DNA from: Phaeosaccion multiseriatum
Taxonomy: Eukaryota > Protista > Ochrophyta, other classes
Length of the DNA stretch: 64,000 nt
Reading direction: 5' to 3'
Assembly (NCBI GenBank): GCA_965112735.1
Contig: OZ218952.1
Span: forward strand, 5,332,001 to 5,396,000
The notes under the pieces are model-generated. The model did no database searches. It was not told the origin of the DNA and was given only the letters and a program-made list of their open reading frames with translations. How positions within the stretch are numbered: position 1 is the first letter of the stretch; every line of letters begins with the position of its first letter. The position numbers and the translations under genes are program-made. This document shows, piece by piece, positions 1 through 10,811 of the stretch.

Positions 1-121
1 TACGCCGCGGGCTCCATCTGCTCTACTGTGATGCCTCCTTCATCCTGTGGCCGGGTGGTACCTGTTTTGCCCCCTTCAATGTCCTTCGCCACTCACACCG
101 CGTGTCCTCCTCGCTTCAAAG

Positions 122-3100
122 GATAAGACGTTTGAGGTGAGGAACCAAGTGCTTGCATCATCTTTCTTGTGGTCGGCCTGGCTGCTGCCATTTTGTTTAC
201 CCACTGCTCTTTGTAATTATTTGCTCATCTCTGTCATCGTATGCCGCTGCTCGCTTTCACCCCGTCGACCCACGTCGCCTCTGGTCACCCGTCATGAAGG
301 TTTGCATGGTGGAGTGCACGGATCCTGATAGCTGCATAGTGAGTAAGGAGGTCTCTTGGTGCAGGCAGGTGTTGCCCGTTCCCCTGTCCCCTGCGCGCCC
401 CCTCCACCCAATCGTGGAACCCCCTCATCGATGTCATCGATGTCATGATCTTGGCTGGCCTGACACTCCTCCTCCTGGCAATGCCTAGCAATGCCTACAT
501 ACAGGCTGCTGCTGCTCCCCTCGTTCGCGCCTGCATGTGCCGGACCTCCTGCAAGCAGGCCTTGCACCCTCTAGACTCGCCCCTTTGCCTCTCTGCTTCC
601 TGGTCTCTTCTCTCGTCAACGCCCATCCTGCTCCCCTCAAACCATAGGGCGCCACCTTCAAGGACGCTTCGACCGTTACCTGCTCTGATGAGTTCTCATG
701 TCTGGTGAGTTGTCACTCAACCCAACTTGGCTCTCGATGCCTGGCGCCTGGCCGATTCTGTTCGTGCATTCATCCTCCGCCCTCTGCTTGCCAAGCAACG
801 GACCTTGCATTTCCTGACCTCTCCCCTCTTTGCCCCTCTGCTGCTTCCTGCCCTTTTGTTCTCTCGTCCACACACACCCATCCTGCTCCCCTCGAACCAC
901 AGGGGGCCACGTTCAAATGCCAATCGACCGCAACCTGCTCTGGGGAACTCTCATGTATGGTGAGTGATCAGCCAACCCATATCCGCTCTCCTGGCCTGGC
1001 CGGTTCTTTACCTTACTCGTGCCTTCGGCTGCACGCATGACGGCCCACACCTTAGCAACCCTTCCCCCTCTCCTGACTGTCCTATCTCTTCTCTCGTCCA
1101 CACACCCACCCTGCTCCCCTCGAACCACAGGGGGCCACGTTCGAATGCGAATCGACCGCAGCATGCTCTGGGGTAGAGTCCTGTCGTGTGAGTGATCAGT
1201 CAACCCATAGCTATCCGCTTTCCTTGCCTGGCAGGTTCTTGCCCTTGCCTTCCTCGTGACTTTCCGGTGCACGCATGACGGCGCGCACCTCAAGCCTTCC
1301 CCCTCCTCTCCTGACCTCTCCTCTGTGCCCTTCTGCTGCCTCCTGCCCTCTTCTCTCGTCCACACCCGCCCTACTCCCCTCAAACCATAGGGGACCACGT
1401 TCCAAGGCTCATCGACCGCAGCCTGCTCTGAATTAGATTCATGTCGTGTGAGTGACCAGCCAACCTATATCCGCTCTCCTTGCCTGGACTTTGGTTCCTT
1501 GAGCCTTGTCTTATTCATGACTTTCCGCTGCAAACATGACGGCGGACACCTCAAGCCTCAACCCCCTCCTGACCTCCCCTCTGTGCCCCTCTGCTGCTTC
1601 CTGCCTTCTTCTCTCGTCCACACCCACCCTGCTCCCGCCCCTCAAACCATAGGACGCCACGTTCGGAGGCCAATCGACCGCAGACTGCTCTGGGGTCCGC
1701 TCCTGTCTCGTGAGTGATCAGCCAACCCATATCCGCTCTCCTTGCCTGGCCGGTTCCTTGAGCCTGGCCTTGCTCATGACTTTCCACTGCACGCATGACG
1801 GCGCACACCTCAAGCCTCCCCCCTCTCCTGACCTCCCCTCTGTGCCCGTCTGCTGGTTCCTGCCCTCTTCTCTCGTCCACACCCACCCTGCTCCCGCCCC
1901 TCAAACCATAGTCGGCCACGTTCGAAGGCCAATCGACCGCAGCCTGCTCTGGGATAGGCTCCTGTGATGTGAGTGATCAGCCAACCCATATCCGCTCTCC
2001 TTGCCGGGCTGGTTCCTTGAGCCCAGCCTTCCTCGTGACTCTCCGCTGCACGCATGACGGCGCACACCTCAAGCTTTCCCCCTCTTCTGACCTCCCCTCT
2101 TGCCCTTCTGCTGTTCCCTGTCCTCTTCTCTCGTCCACACCCACCCTGCTCCCCTCAAACCATAGGAGGCCACGTTCGATGGCCAATCGACCGCAGCCTG
2201 CTCTGCGTTAATCTCCTGTGATGTGAGTACCCTGCCTGTCACACACCAGCCAAATCCGCGGTGCACGGCTGAATGTGTGGCTTAGCTACTTCTCGTACCG
2301 CACCGCTGCACGGCCCATACCTCGAGCTTGGCTCCTCGGCTTACCTCCCCTCTGTGCCTCTGGCCTCCTCTGCTTGTCCTCCTGCTCTCTCTATCCCAAA
2401 CACAGACTAGCCTTTTCATCGATTCGTCCATCGCTACGTGCGCCACCACGGAGTACTCCTGCCGTAATCTCCAGGTGTGTGTGTGTCTGACGAGTGGCCA
2501 GTAAAGGCACTGGGACTGGGCCAGCCCATGCAAGGGGACGGTAGAGGAGACAGTCCGTTTGCGAGAGATGTGATACATGCGGTGAGATGACGAATGACCA
2601 CCCGCACTTCTCTCGCTCGCACGCTCTCTCACTGTGGCCAACAGACAGCAGCTATATCACCAGGCACTGCATGCTGCATAGGCGAGTTTTGGTAAGTAGT
2701 AGTCGCAGGCAAACCGCCGCACTTTGTCCCCGGCCCATACGAGAGTTGTCCAAGAGGTCGAGGAGCGCTGTGTATGGCATGCCTCTTTTCGGGCAAACCC
2801 TTGCCCCCTGCGCTCACATATTTCCCCCATGCCCATCTCTTTGTGCGTGTTGCTGTACCGTAAACTCCCCTTTCCCGTGAACCCCGCCCGTGCGACTTTA
2901 CAACGCAAATACGATAGCTCTGACTTCGCCAATCTGTGTCCAGGTGAGAACGAGTGGAATAGTGAGGCAGACCTCGTCGCTCCCCCACTGGGCTGCTTTG
3001 GCATCTGCTGCTTCTCAAGGAGCGCGGATTGTTTACTCGTCATCCACTGCCCACCAACCTGACGAAAGCTTTTCTTGTCCCCTTTGTCATCGCTCCCCAC

Positions 3101-3504
3101 CCCCCTCTTGCCGCGGCGTCTCGCTCGTGCGGCGGTGCGGCCCTCCTGATGCAGACGAGGACGGGGACGGCGTTGCGGACCGTGTCGACAAGTGAGTGAC
3201 TTAGAGAATGGACCGACTGGGTGTGTAGGCCTAGGTGAAGTGAACGTTGCTTGTTCATGTGGGTGAGCTTTGCGTGGTCCGGGTGTGACCCCCCCAATGC
3301 ATCTCTCCAATACTGCGTGACCTGCGTGCCCCACCCCGCTCGCCTCTTTGCAGAGATTCCACACTGACTACATCCCTCCCTCCCTCCCTCCCTCCCTCCC
3401 TCCCCCCCTTGCTTTTGCTTGCGCCTCGCAGCTGCCCGGACACACCCAACGCCCTCCAGGAGGACTCCGACGAAGACGGAATAGGAGATGTCTGTGACAC
3501 GTAA
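122..3504 (+). CDS. 5'-partial 14-exon gene encoding a Cys-rich 19-aa tandem-repeat protein with C-terminal thrombospondin type-3 (Ca-binding) repeats
   Basis: Manually spliced AG/GT-bounded exons 122-136, 300-338, 648-704, 903-959, 1131-1187, 1391-1447, 1653-1709, 1912-1968, 2166-2222, 2406-2474, 2645-2691, 2918-2943, 3155-3191 and 3432-3504 sum to 705 nt with compatible phases and no internal stop. Translation: DKTFE-VCMVECTDPDSCI-[GATFKDASTVTCSDEFSCL-type x7][83 protein letters not shown]. The C-terminus fits the TSP3 consensus DxDxDGxxDxxDNCP...DxDxDGIGDxCD. The start is presumably upstream of the window. Confidence 0.88.
580..2230 (+). repeat. Tandem array of 7 intron+exon cassettes (period about 228-262 bp)
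   Basis: The blocks 'gtgagtgatcagccaacccatatccgctctcc' (donor side) and 'ctctcgtccacacc..ccctgctcccctcaaaccatag' (acceptor side) recur, with donors at 705, 960, 1188, 1448, 1710, 1969 and 2223. Confidence 0.95.
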
Positions 3505-4870
3505 CCAGGAGCGAGGCTCAAAAACGTGTGCGTGAGGGTGTATCCCCCAGCGCGCCTCTCTCTCTTTAGACTTTGTTTCGTTGTGTTGGCCTTTCCGTAC
3601 CGCCTTAGTTTAGGTTGGGTTGTTTCTTTGCTTTCATATACACGACCGTCAGTCGGACATGTTTGATTTTCATATATTTTGTAGGTTACAGTAGTGGAGC
3701 GTATTGAGCCTATGACTGGTTTCCTCCACAACGTAACAATTACGTAAGGTAAAATAAGGGCGGGTGACGGATCTGAGGGACCGGCCGGCTGGCCCCCTTC
3801 CTCACTCCTGAAACCGTGTAGACCAATTGGAAGGCTTCCTTTACACAAGGAAGTTTCCTGGGTCTCTGGGTAAGGACAGCGCCCTTGCTCTCCAAAAGCA
3901 TTTCATTATTATCACTTCTCGCATCTCTCCTCCTTGACGGCAACTCGGTAGTGCTCAGCCTGGAGGTTATCGTCCTTCTCTCCATGAAGAGGATGCCCGT
4001 TCTCCGCCGCTGGATGTAGATGATGCGAAGGAGAGGTACGCAGATAGAAATAGCGTGTGTATGCGTCAGTCGGCAGTCGTACAAGACTGGCAAGGACTGG
4101 GGCAATACGAAGCGGCAGCGGTCAGTTGACAGCGTGCGGTAAAGGGGAGACTGAGGCTCGTGAGACGTCAGTGGCCGTGGCGAATGACAAACAGAGAGTA
4201 AGCAATGGAGCCGGAGAGGGAAGGGCGACACTCGATAGTGCAACCTTACCTCGAGTCCATAGTAGTCGTGGCTTGCGGCAGAGGCTTGCGGCAGAGGATT
4301 TTTGCGAGCACTACGTGGCTGTGCCCCTAGTCTTTGACTGAGGTGTAGGGTCATTCTGTCGGAACCCTGTAGTTCACAGTTGTCTTGGTACTTCCAACAC
4401 TCCAGCAGAGGGAGGTAGCTGTACCACACATACAGCGGTGTCAGAGGGCCAGCCACCCCCCTTGTGCGTGTTCTTCCCTGTGTGTCTGCGGGGCCAATGA
4501 AGCGCGAGCTTCTACCAGAATCAGAATCAACAGCAGGAGGTCGACAAAAGCGCATCAGCAGTGGTCGACAATAAGTCAATTATTTTTTTTTTTCTTTATT
4601 CCTAACGACTACGAAGCTACAAGAACAGTAACACCCAAAAGAATGTTGATGCTGAGCGAGATGAGGAAATGAGTGTGTGAGGCCGCCCGTTAGGCATCTG
4701 CCTCACCACCCCCTCCACCACCGCCCTCATGAATTGCCTTCTACCCCCCCCCCCCAACTCCCCTACCACAAAGTAGAAGAGCTAGTCAAGCTAGGGAGAG
4801 GGGAGAGTCATGCACGTACCCCCAGCCCCCCTTGAACTTTTTTGCGCCGACCCACAACCACAGAAAGCTC

Positions 4871-5900
4871 TCACAACACCGGTGTGAGACCTGTGAGAGA
4901 AACATACGTAATTCTTAGATTGATTCCTTGCTTGAAGTATTCAATAAAGCTAACCCTGGTTGTGCCACCGTAAGATTGCTGCCTGGGCAAAGCCCCGGTT
5001 GGAGCACGAAGTTGGGCCCCCAGCAGGCGAACTTGGCACCCCACTTCGCAATAAGTATCTTCATCTCGGCCTGAGTGAAGCGTGAAGCAGTCGCCCTCGA
5101 TAGCCCACGCATGCAAGAACGGGCAGACTTTACTGTGGCAGCGCTTGTTGTCTAGAAAAGTGTTGCAGTACTTATTGGTCCCGAAGCTCGCTCGCAGGAG
5201 ATAGAACTTCCCCTGCTCGTCCTGTGCAGGCTGTGCATGTCCACGGCCTGGATACTGAGCATGCGCACCACACATTCACAGATGGCCACAGACAGAGACA
5301 GACAGACAGACAGACAGACAGATGGACAGAGAGAGAGAGAGAGAAGAATGCATGAAGAAGAAAGAAGAAAGGGAGAGAGAGGAGACAAAGACGCCGCAAA
5401 CAAGGACAAAACAAAAAGACCAAACGAGAGCAGCAAAAGAGCAACGCCCTCCCTCCTCACTGCTTGCCTTGACCCCCTCCCCTTACGCTTACCACACAAC
5501 ACACCCCTGCCTTCTGCACCTCCACCCTCCCTCCCGCCTTCTCTCTCTCCCTCTCTGCCCCCCCTTTTATTTCGTACCAAGTGAATGCCTGTTCTGGGCT
5601 GTCGAAAGGGAGGTGTGCGCGCCCTGCTGTCTGATCGTCGAAGGCCTGTTTTTTTTTCCGAATCTTTCCGTACTGACCAAAATACTCGGGCCTCTTCAGC
5701 ATATCCTCTGAAAGGAGGTGGGGGGGGGATGCCATGGACGTACGCGATACATCGATCGGCGATGCGCTCCTGCTTCTTCCTCTCCAGCCAGTCGTTGCCG
5801 TTCACCGCCTTCTGCTGACGGAGTGGTAACTGGCGATGCTGCTGGAAAGCCAACTGCTGCTGCCGCTGCTCGCCCTCCTGGTCAGTCACAAACTTCTTCT

Positions 5901-5941
<41 letters not shown>

Positions 5942-6221
5942 TGTCCGGGTTGCTGATGCTGCTGCTGCTGCTGCTTTTGTCCGGGTTGGTGGTGCTGCTG
6001 CTGCTGCTTTGTCCGGGTTGGTGGTGTTGGTTACTGTCCAACGGACTCGCGGCTGATGCCGCGGCAGTGCCTGTGGCCGACACGTTCCTCCTCTCTCCTC
6101 CTGAGTCTTGATGGACGGTGGAGGAGGAGTCGGAAGCTGCGGCGGTGTCCTCCGTTCCATGGGAGTCGCTCCTTCTCTTGTCCTTCTTGCGCTTGTTTCT
6201 CTTCTTTCCCTTGCGGGGCAT
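4871..6221 (-). pseudogene. NOT4: NOT4/CNOT4-like RRM + CCCH zinc-finger gene, frameshifted and lacking a visible RING domain
   Basis: Fragments in different frames: 'RCIAYVHGI', 'SEDMLKRPEYFGQYGKIRK', 'SIQAVD' and 'LRASFGTNKYCNTFLDNKRCHSKVCPFLH' match the NOT4 RRM and C3H1 motifs. At least three frame switches are needed, some at homopolymers, so assembly error is possible. Confidence 0.6.
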
Positions 6222-7190
6222 GATGTCGTTTTCAGTTTTACTCCGTCTGGCTGGCTCTGCTCTGAAGCGCAGTGCCAAGTTGAACGGCCCCTGCAGGGAA
6301 GGAAGGAGTGCAAGCAACAAGGAAGGGAGCGAGGAACAATATCACCAGTAGCAGCATCAGCGACAGCACAGCGCGTTTGGGGAAAGGTCAGAGGACTTGG
6401 AAAGACCAACAAACACAACACCACGCACGCCTTCCACCTCAACAAGTGCCGCTCCCCCAAAGCTCATTCTCTCCGCCTCTGCCTGCCTCTTTCAACTAGA
6501 AACTTAAAGCTCAACTTCTCTCTCCCTCTCCCACCCCGCTCACCGTAGATACAGAGCGGTCTCTCCGTTACTTCCACTGGCTCCGCCTGCACCCCCCCCC
6601 CTCACGGAGGCGTTCAGCTATCGTCTCCGTCTCCTCGACCTTGTGTTCAATCCAAGGTTTACCGTTTAGTGTCCGCCTCGTCGAGCAGCTGTCCCCCCTG
6701 CTCCATCTGAAGAAGCCTTCTCCTTCTCGCCCCTTGAGTTTGAACAAGGTCTGCCCTCTTGCACTTGAGGTCTACCGTCTGAGATATTTGACACTCCCAA
6801 AGACGCTTGCAGGTGTAGATTCGTCCGCTCCCAACAGTGGTATGATTCGCAGCCAAAGAGGTCCTTGGCAAGGCCCCCATCGCACGCTCTATTGGCAGAG
6901 CCACGCAGTTGTGAGCAACGTGTTGCGGACCTTTGGCGATCGGCCACTTGAGATAATCGTACCCGTTGATTTCTATGCGTTGAATGGCTTTGAGACGATG
7001 GAAGCGGCGCTGGCACTCTCCACCGTCTCTTCATTGCAATATAAATATTCATATTAAATCCGGATCCGCGACTGACTGCAGCACGGTTGTGCCAAAAAAA
7101 AAAAATGTAACGGCTAGATCCATCTGAAACTCGAACTCCCCTCATTCCATCAATCATCAATGTCTCACAGAGAGGATTCCAGAGAGGAAG

Positions 7191-8365
7191 ATGGTGCGAG
7201 ACGATAGCCGAGATTCGGAGGAGGGCCTCCCTCACTCGGCTCCGTCGGCTATGGGCGAGAGCTCTACCGAGGCCCAGCCTCCTCCCCCGCCATCAGCAGC
7301 AGGAAGAGAGACAATACGAGAGGCAGGAAGAGAGGGCGGAGGAGCAGGGGCAGGAGGAGCAGGGGGGGGACTGAGTAAGCAGGAGAGCACCGCGGCAGAG
7401 GAGGCGAGGGTCAGGGTAGATCGTATGGTCAAGGTGAGTGGGAAAGAGAATCTCTTCAGCTGAGGAAGAGAGAGGTTTTTAAAGCCAAGTGGGAGAACAT
7501 GTCTGAGGGGGGAAGGTCGGCGGCTGCCGCCTTGCTGAGACCCGCAGTCTGTTTTTCTTCCCGCCGTGTGTCATATGTAGGTGGAAGCGCTGGTCGAGAA
7601 GAGAAAAAAGGACTTTGCATACCTAAAGAAGATGCACGAAGGAGACAGCTTCTGGCTCAACTGCGTGCGCTTCAAGAAGGGAGCCGAGCTGGGCCAATAC
7701 GCGCGGGCCCAGACCAAGCAGAGGGCCTTGCAGCTCTTCTACCTGGGGGTCAGTCTGGCCAAGCTCTTGCAGGTGCCGTACAGAGGCTGTCGTGTTGGTG
7801 ATACTGTGCCCTTCAGAACACACAGTGCATTAACTGTGCATTAACTCTCTCTCTCTCTCTCTCTCTCTTGTCTGTTTCTCTCCCGGCGCCTCTTGGCCCC
7901 TTGCAGAGTCCGCCCAGCGGCTATCTGCTGCTCAAGTCCGTGCTGCAGCTGCTGGAGGAGTGGCAGTTCACATGCGCAGGTGCTACCAACCAAGCCATGA
8001 AGGTGCTCCTCGCCAAGGCCGTGGAGAAGCCCTTTGCCGACTCCAACATTGACAATGAGGGCACACGGGGCGCTGTGCTGTTCAAGTACAACTCAGAAAT
8101 CGTGTACGAGTTCCTAGTGACGCCGCCCATGAGCTTCCAAGAAGTAGACTTCTTTCAAGTCATGTTTTCGCTGTGCGATGTCATTACTCTCATGTACAAC
8201 CGCTTCATGGACGAGCAGATCTACGCCTCCGAGCTGGCCTTTGATGCGCTGCTCAAGGTTGACAGTAAGGTCAAGCATCAGGTCCTCAACGTCACCACCA
8301 AGAGCTTCTCGGAGATTAGCATTGGCATTGTCAAGTCAGAGCTCGCGGCCTTCCGCGGGCCGTGA
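7191..8365 (+). CDS. Conserved-looking hypothetical protein (3 exons)
   Basis: Exons 7191-7433, 7581-7772 and 7907-8365 have GT/AG ends and are in frame. Globular sequence 'EKRKKDFAYLKKMHEGDSFWLNCVRF...DFFQVMFSLCDVITLMYNRF' resembles an uncharacterised family I recall from fungi and protists; this recognition is unverified. Confidence 0.8.
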
Positions 8366-9529
8366 AGAAGGGCGTTGCTGACCATGACGCACGGACGACC
8401 CGGTGGTTCCATGTAACGTAATGTATGTATAGACCTAACTTTAATGCCACATATGCACGTGCGTAGGCTCCACCCTCTCCTCCCCTGTGAGGCTCTGCCC
8501 TCTATCCTCCTCTGTCTCGTTCTTCGCAACGTGCGGATTCTGTGCGGTGCTTGCTCGCTCTGCGTAGCTTGCCTTTTGCCCGTGGTCTTGGACCGTCCCT
8601 CTTCGCTGCGGTGTATATCCGATGTCGACCTCTGCCTTCGATATCCCATCCCATCCCATTCCATAGGGAAGGGCCCCGACGACGCTGTTGCTGCCCTCCC
8701 CGGCCAACAAGCAGAGGCCCCTCCCTCCTCATCATCTCGATTGGTGCGGGGCGCCGTGTCGAGGCATCTACCCAACCAGACTACCCACCCAACACCCTCG
8801 GGGTGGTCTTACACAACGCCAAGCGACGAAGCAGCCCCTGTCTGAGCGAGAGAGAGTACTGAGAGACGCAGAGAGTCCCCACGAGAGTAGTCCGAGAGCA
8901 GTGGCCCATCCTCTGCCTGCTTTGCTTTGGCGCAGCAACAGCAGCAATAACAGTAACAGGGCCCAAATACCTCTACATGGACATGTACATCCTTCGTCCT
9001 TCGCTGCACTCCGCAGCGGGCGATTGTGCGCGTGAGTAAGGCCCCGCCTCGCCTTCCGAGTACCCCACATCCGACCGACAGACTCACCCGGAAAGACAAA
9101 ACAAGAGAAGACTGAGGGAGGGAAGGGGAGAGGGGCAGCAGCAGTGGCCGCTGTGGCGCAACACCGCCCCACCCGTGGGCACAATAAGTCCTCAGGTCTT
9201 ATGGGGCGGCGTGATCTGAGGCGGTTGGTGATCTGAGGCGGTTGGAGCAAGACGTGACTGACTCCTCCGACAACACCGCGGTGCCCTCCTCCTCGAGCTG
9301 GAGGAGGGGAAGTCCTTTGTGTGCTTGTGCTCGTGCTTGTGCCTGTACTTGGTGGCCATCATGCCACATCCACCAGCACGCACTCCTCCCAGCGGCTGCC
9401 CGAGCTCCGCTCTGTTGATGCTCCTCCTTGCCCCTGACCATGCCCCACATCTGCGCGGGGATGCTGCTCCCTTCCCCCTCATCATACGCCACAGCTACCC
9501 GAACTCTGCTCTATATAGCACTTCCCCAC

Positions 9530-10606
9530 TCACGAGGATGTCGCTCCCTTCCCCCTGATCATCCGCCACAGCTGCCCCGGCTCCGTCTCCCACCTGGAGA
9601 GGTGCTGGAAGATACTCCCGTCGTCATCATACACAAAGTCATCAACGCCGCTTATTCGCAGCTCGGCCCCCCTGTGGGCGGGTGTGGGTACGTCAGTTGG
9701 AGCACGGAGTGATGTGGTGACGTCAGTTGGAGCAAGACGAAAGGGTGCATGTGCGGCGGGGACCTGACGACCTGTGTTGGCCTGTCTTCTCAACACACTT
9801 GATTGACTTGAATAGACTTGGGGCTGGCCGTGCTCTGTGTGCCAAAGGTGCATGGCGTGGCCACCCGTCTCACCATTTCGTGGTTGCCTCTGTGTTCCAC
9901 TCCGTTCGGATAAGGCTTTCCGAGTCAACCCTTTCGATCTTCTGCAAGTCGAAGAAGGGGGCCGGGTTGGCCTTGCACGCAACCTTGAGGAAACCGCAGA
10001 TCTGGGGCCAAGTCGGGTGGGGGACGGTGAAAGGCAGTAGCTGGCAGGAGTAAGTCAGGCAGGAGGACGAGGTGAGTCTGGGAAGAATCGATTCGAACCG
10101 CCCATTTGTGTCTTGTTTCTCCCTCCCTCTTCTCTTCTTCTCGCTCGAGTGTCAACGTCTTTGGGACCCGATATAAGCACGGGGCCACGGCCAAGCTCCT
10201 CTTACCGTCGTTATCATGCCTACATACAGCAGCTTGCCTTTGAGTTTTGTCACGGGGTCCTCTGAGCAAAGCATGGGCACGCGCATCACCAGCGAGAAAG
10301 AGAAGTTCAGAAACGGAGTTCATGGAGCCACGAGTTGAAAGCGGGTGACTTACCGAAGAGGATGTCATTTCTGTATATCCCATAGTCCATGAGCGGCTGC
10401 TGGTATTGCCGTGGCAAGTCAGCCGACAGAGCTTTCATAGCCTCGTCGACCCTGACCTCGAGAGAGGGGTCCAATTCTCTTCCCCCAGCTTTCAATGCCA
10501 GTGGGCTTCGACATGCAGACACGGAGCCGGTGGCAAGGAAGGCGGAGACGTAGGGAAAGCGGGTGCAGAGGAGCAAAAGGGAGAGCCAGAGGAGGAAGCG
10601 AGACAT
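9530..10606 (-). CDS. Plastid-targeted DUF2358 / SnoaL(NTF2)-like protein (4 exons)
   Basis: Signal peptide MSRFLLWLSLLLLCTRFPYVSA-F. Spliced product DLPRQYQQPLMDYGIYRNDILF|EDPVTKLKGKLLYVGMITT|ICGFLK..FDLQKIE..IRTEW..W|GAELRISGVDDFVYDDDGSIFQHLSRW..* follows the DUF2358 pattern. Confidence 0.8.
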
Positions 10607-10811
10607 GCTGGGTGAGTTGGGGAGTTGATCCCGATTCGATCTGGTGCCCGTGTCTCCTTCCTGATTTGGTTGTCCAGCCCATTTGTGAAATTGTTTACGG
10701 CTACGCCCCGGCCCCTTACCACCCAAGCCCCTGTCTGCTACCGTATGAGTCCGAGTACTGTCTCCTGCTGAGAGCCTTATCAGTAGTTTAGGCGAGGGGT
10801 CGACGAAAAAG

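Noticed and set aside
648-2222. Diversity-generating retroelement as the source of repeat variability
   Set aside because: No reverse transcriptase or template repeat is present in the window, and the substitutions are not adenine-specific.
580-2266. ORF-track ORFs across the 260-bp repeat on both strands, including the signal-peptide-like ORF 445-708
   Set aside because: They read through intron sequence. The spliced 57-nt exon model explains the conservation pattern far better, and no convincing donor links the 445 ATG to the array, although this is not fully excluded.
3740-4579. 279-aa minus-strand ORF or possible small spliced gene
   Set aside because: A plausible donor near 4249 and acceptor near 4010 exist, but there is no recognisable domain or consistent model.
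6641-7057. 138-aa plus-strand ORF
   Set aside because: Non-ATG start, no recognisable motif, and it lies in the probable promoter region between two genes.
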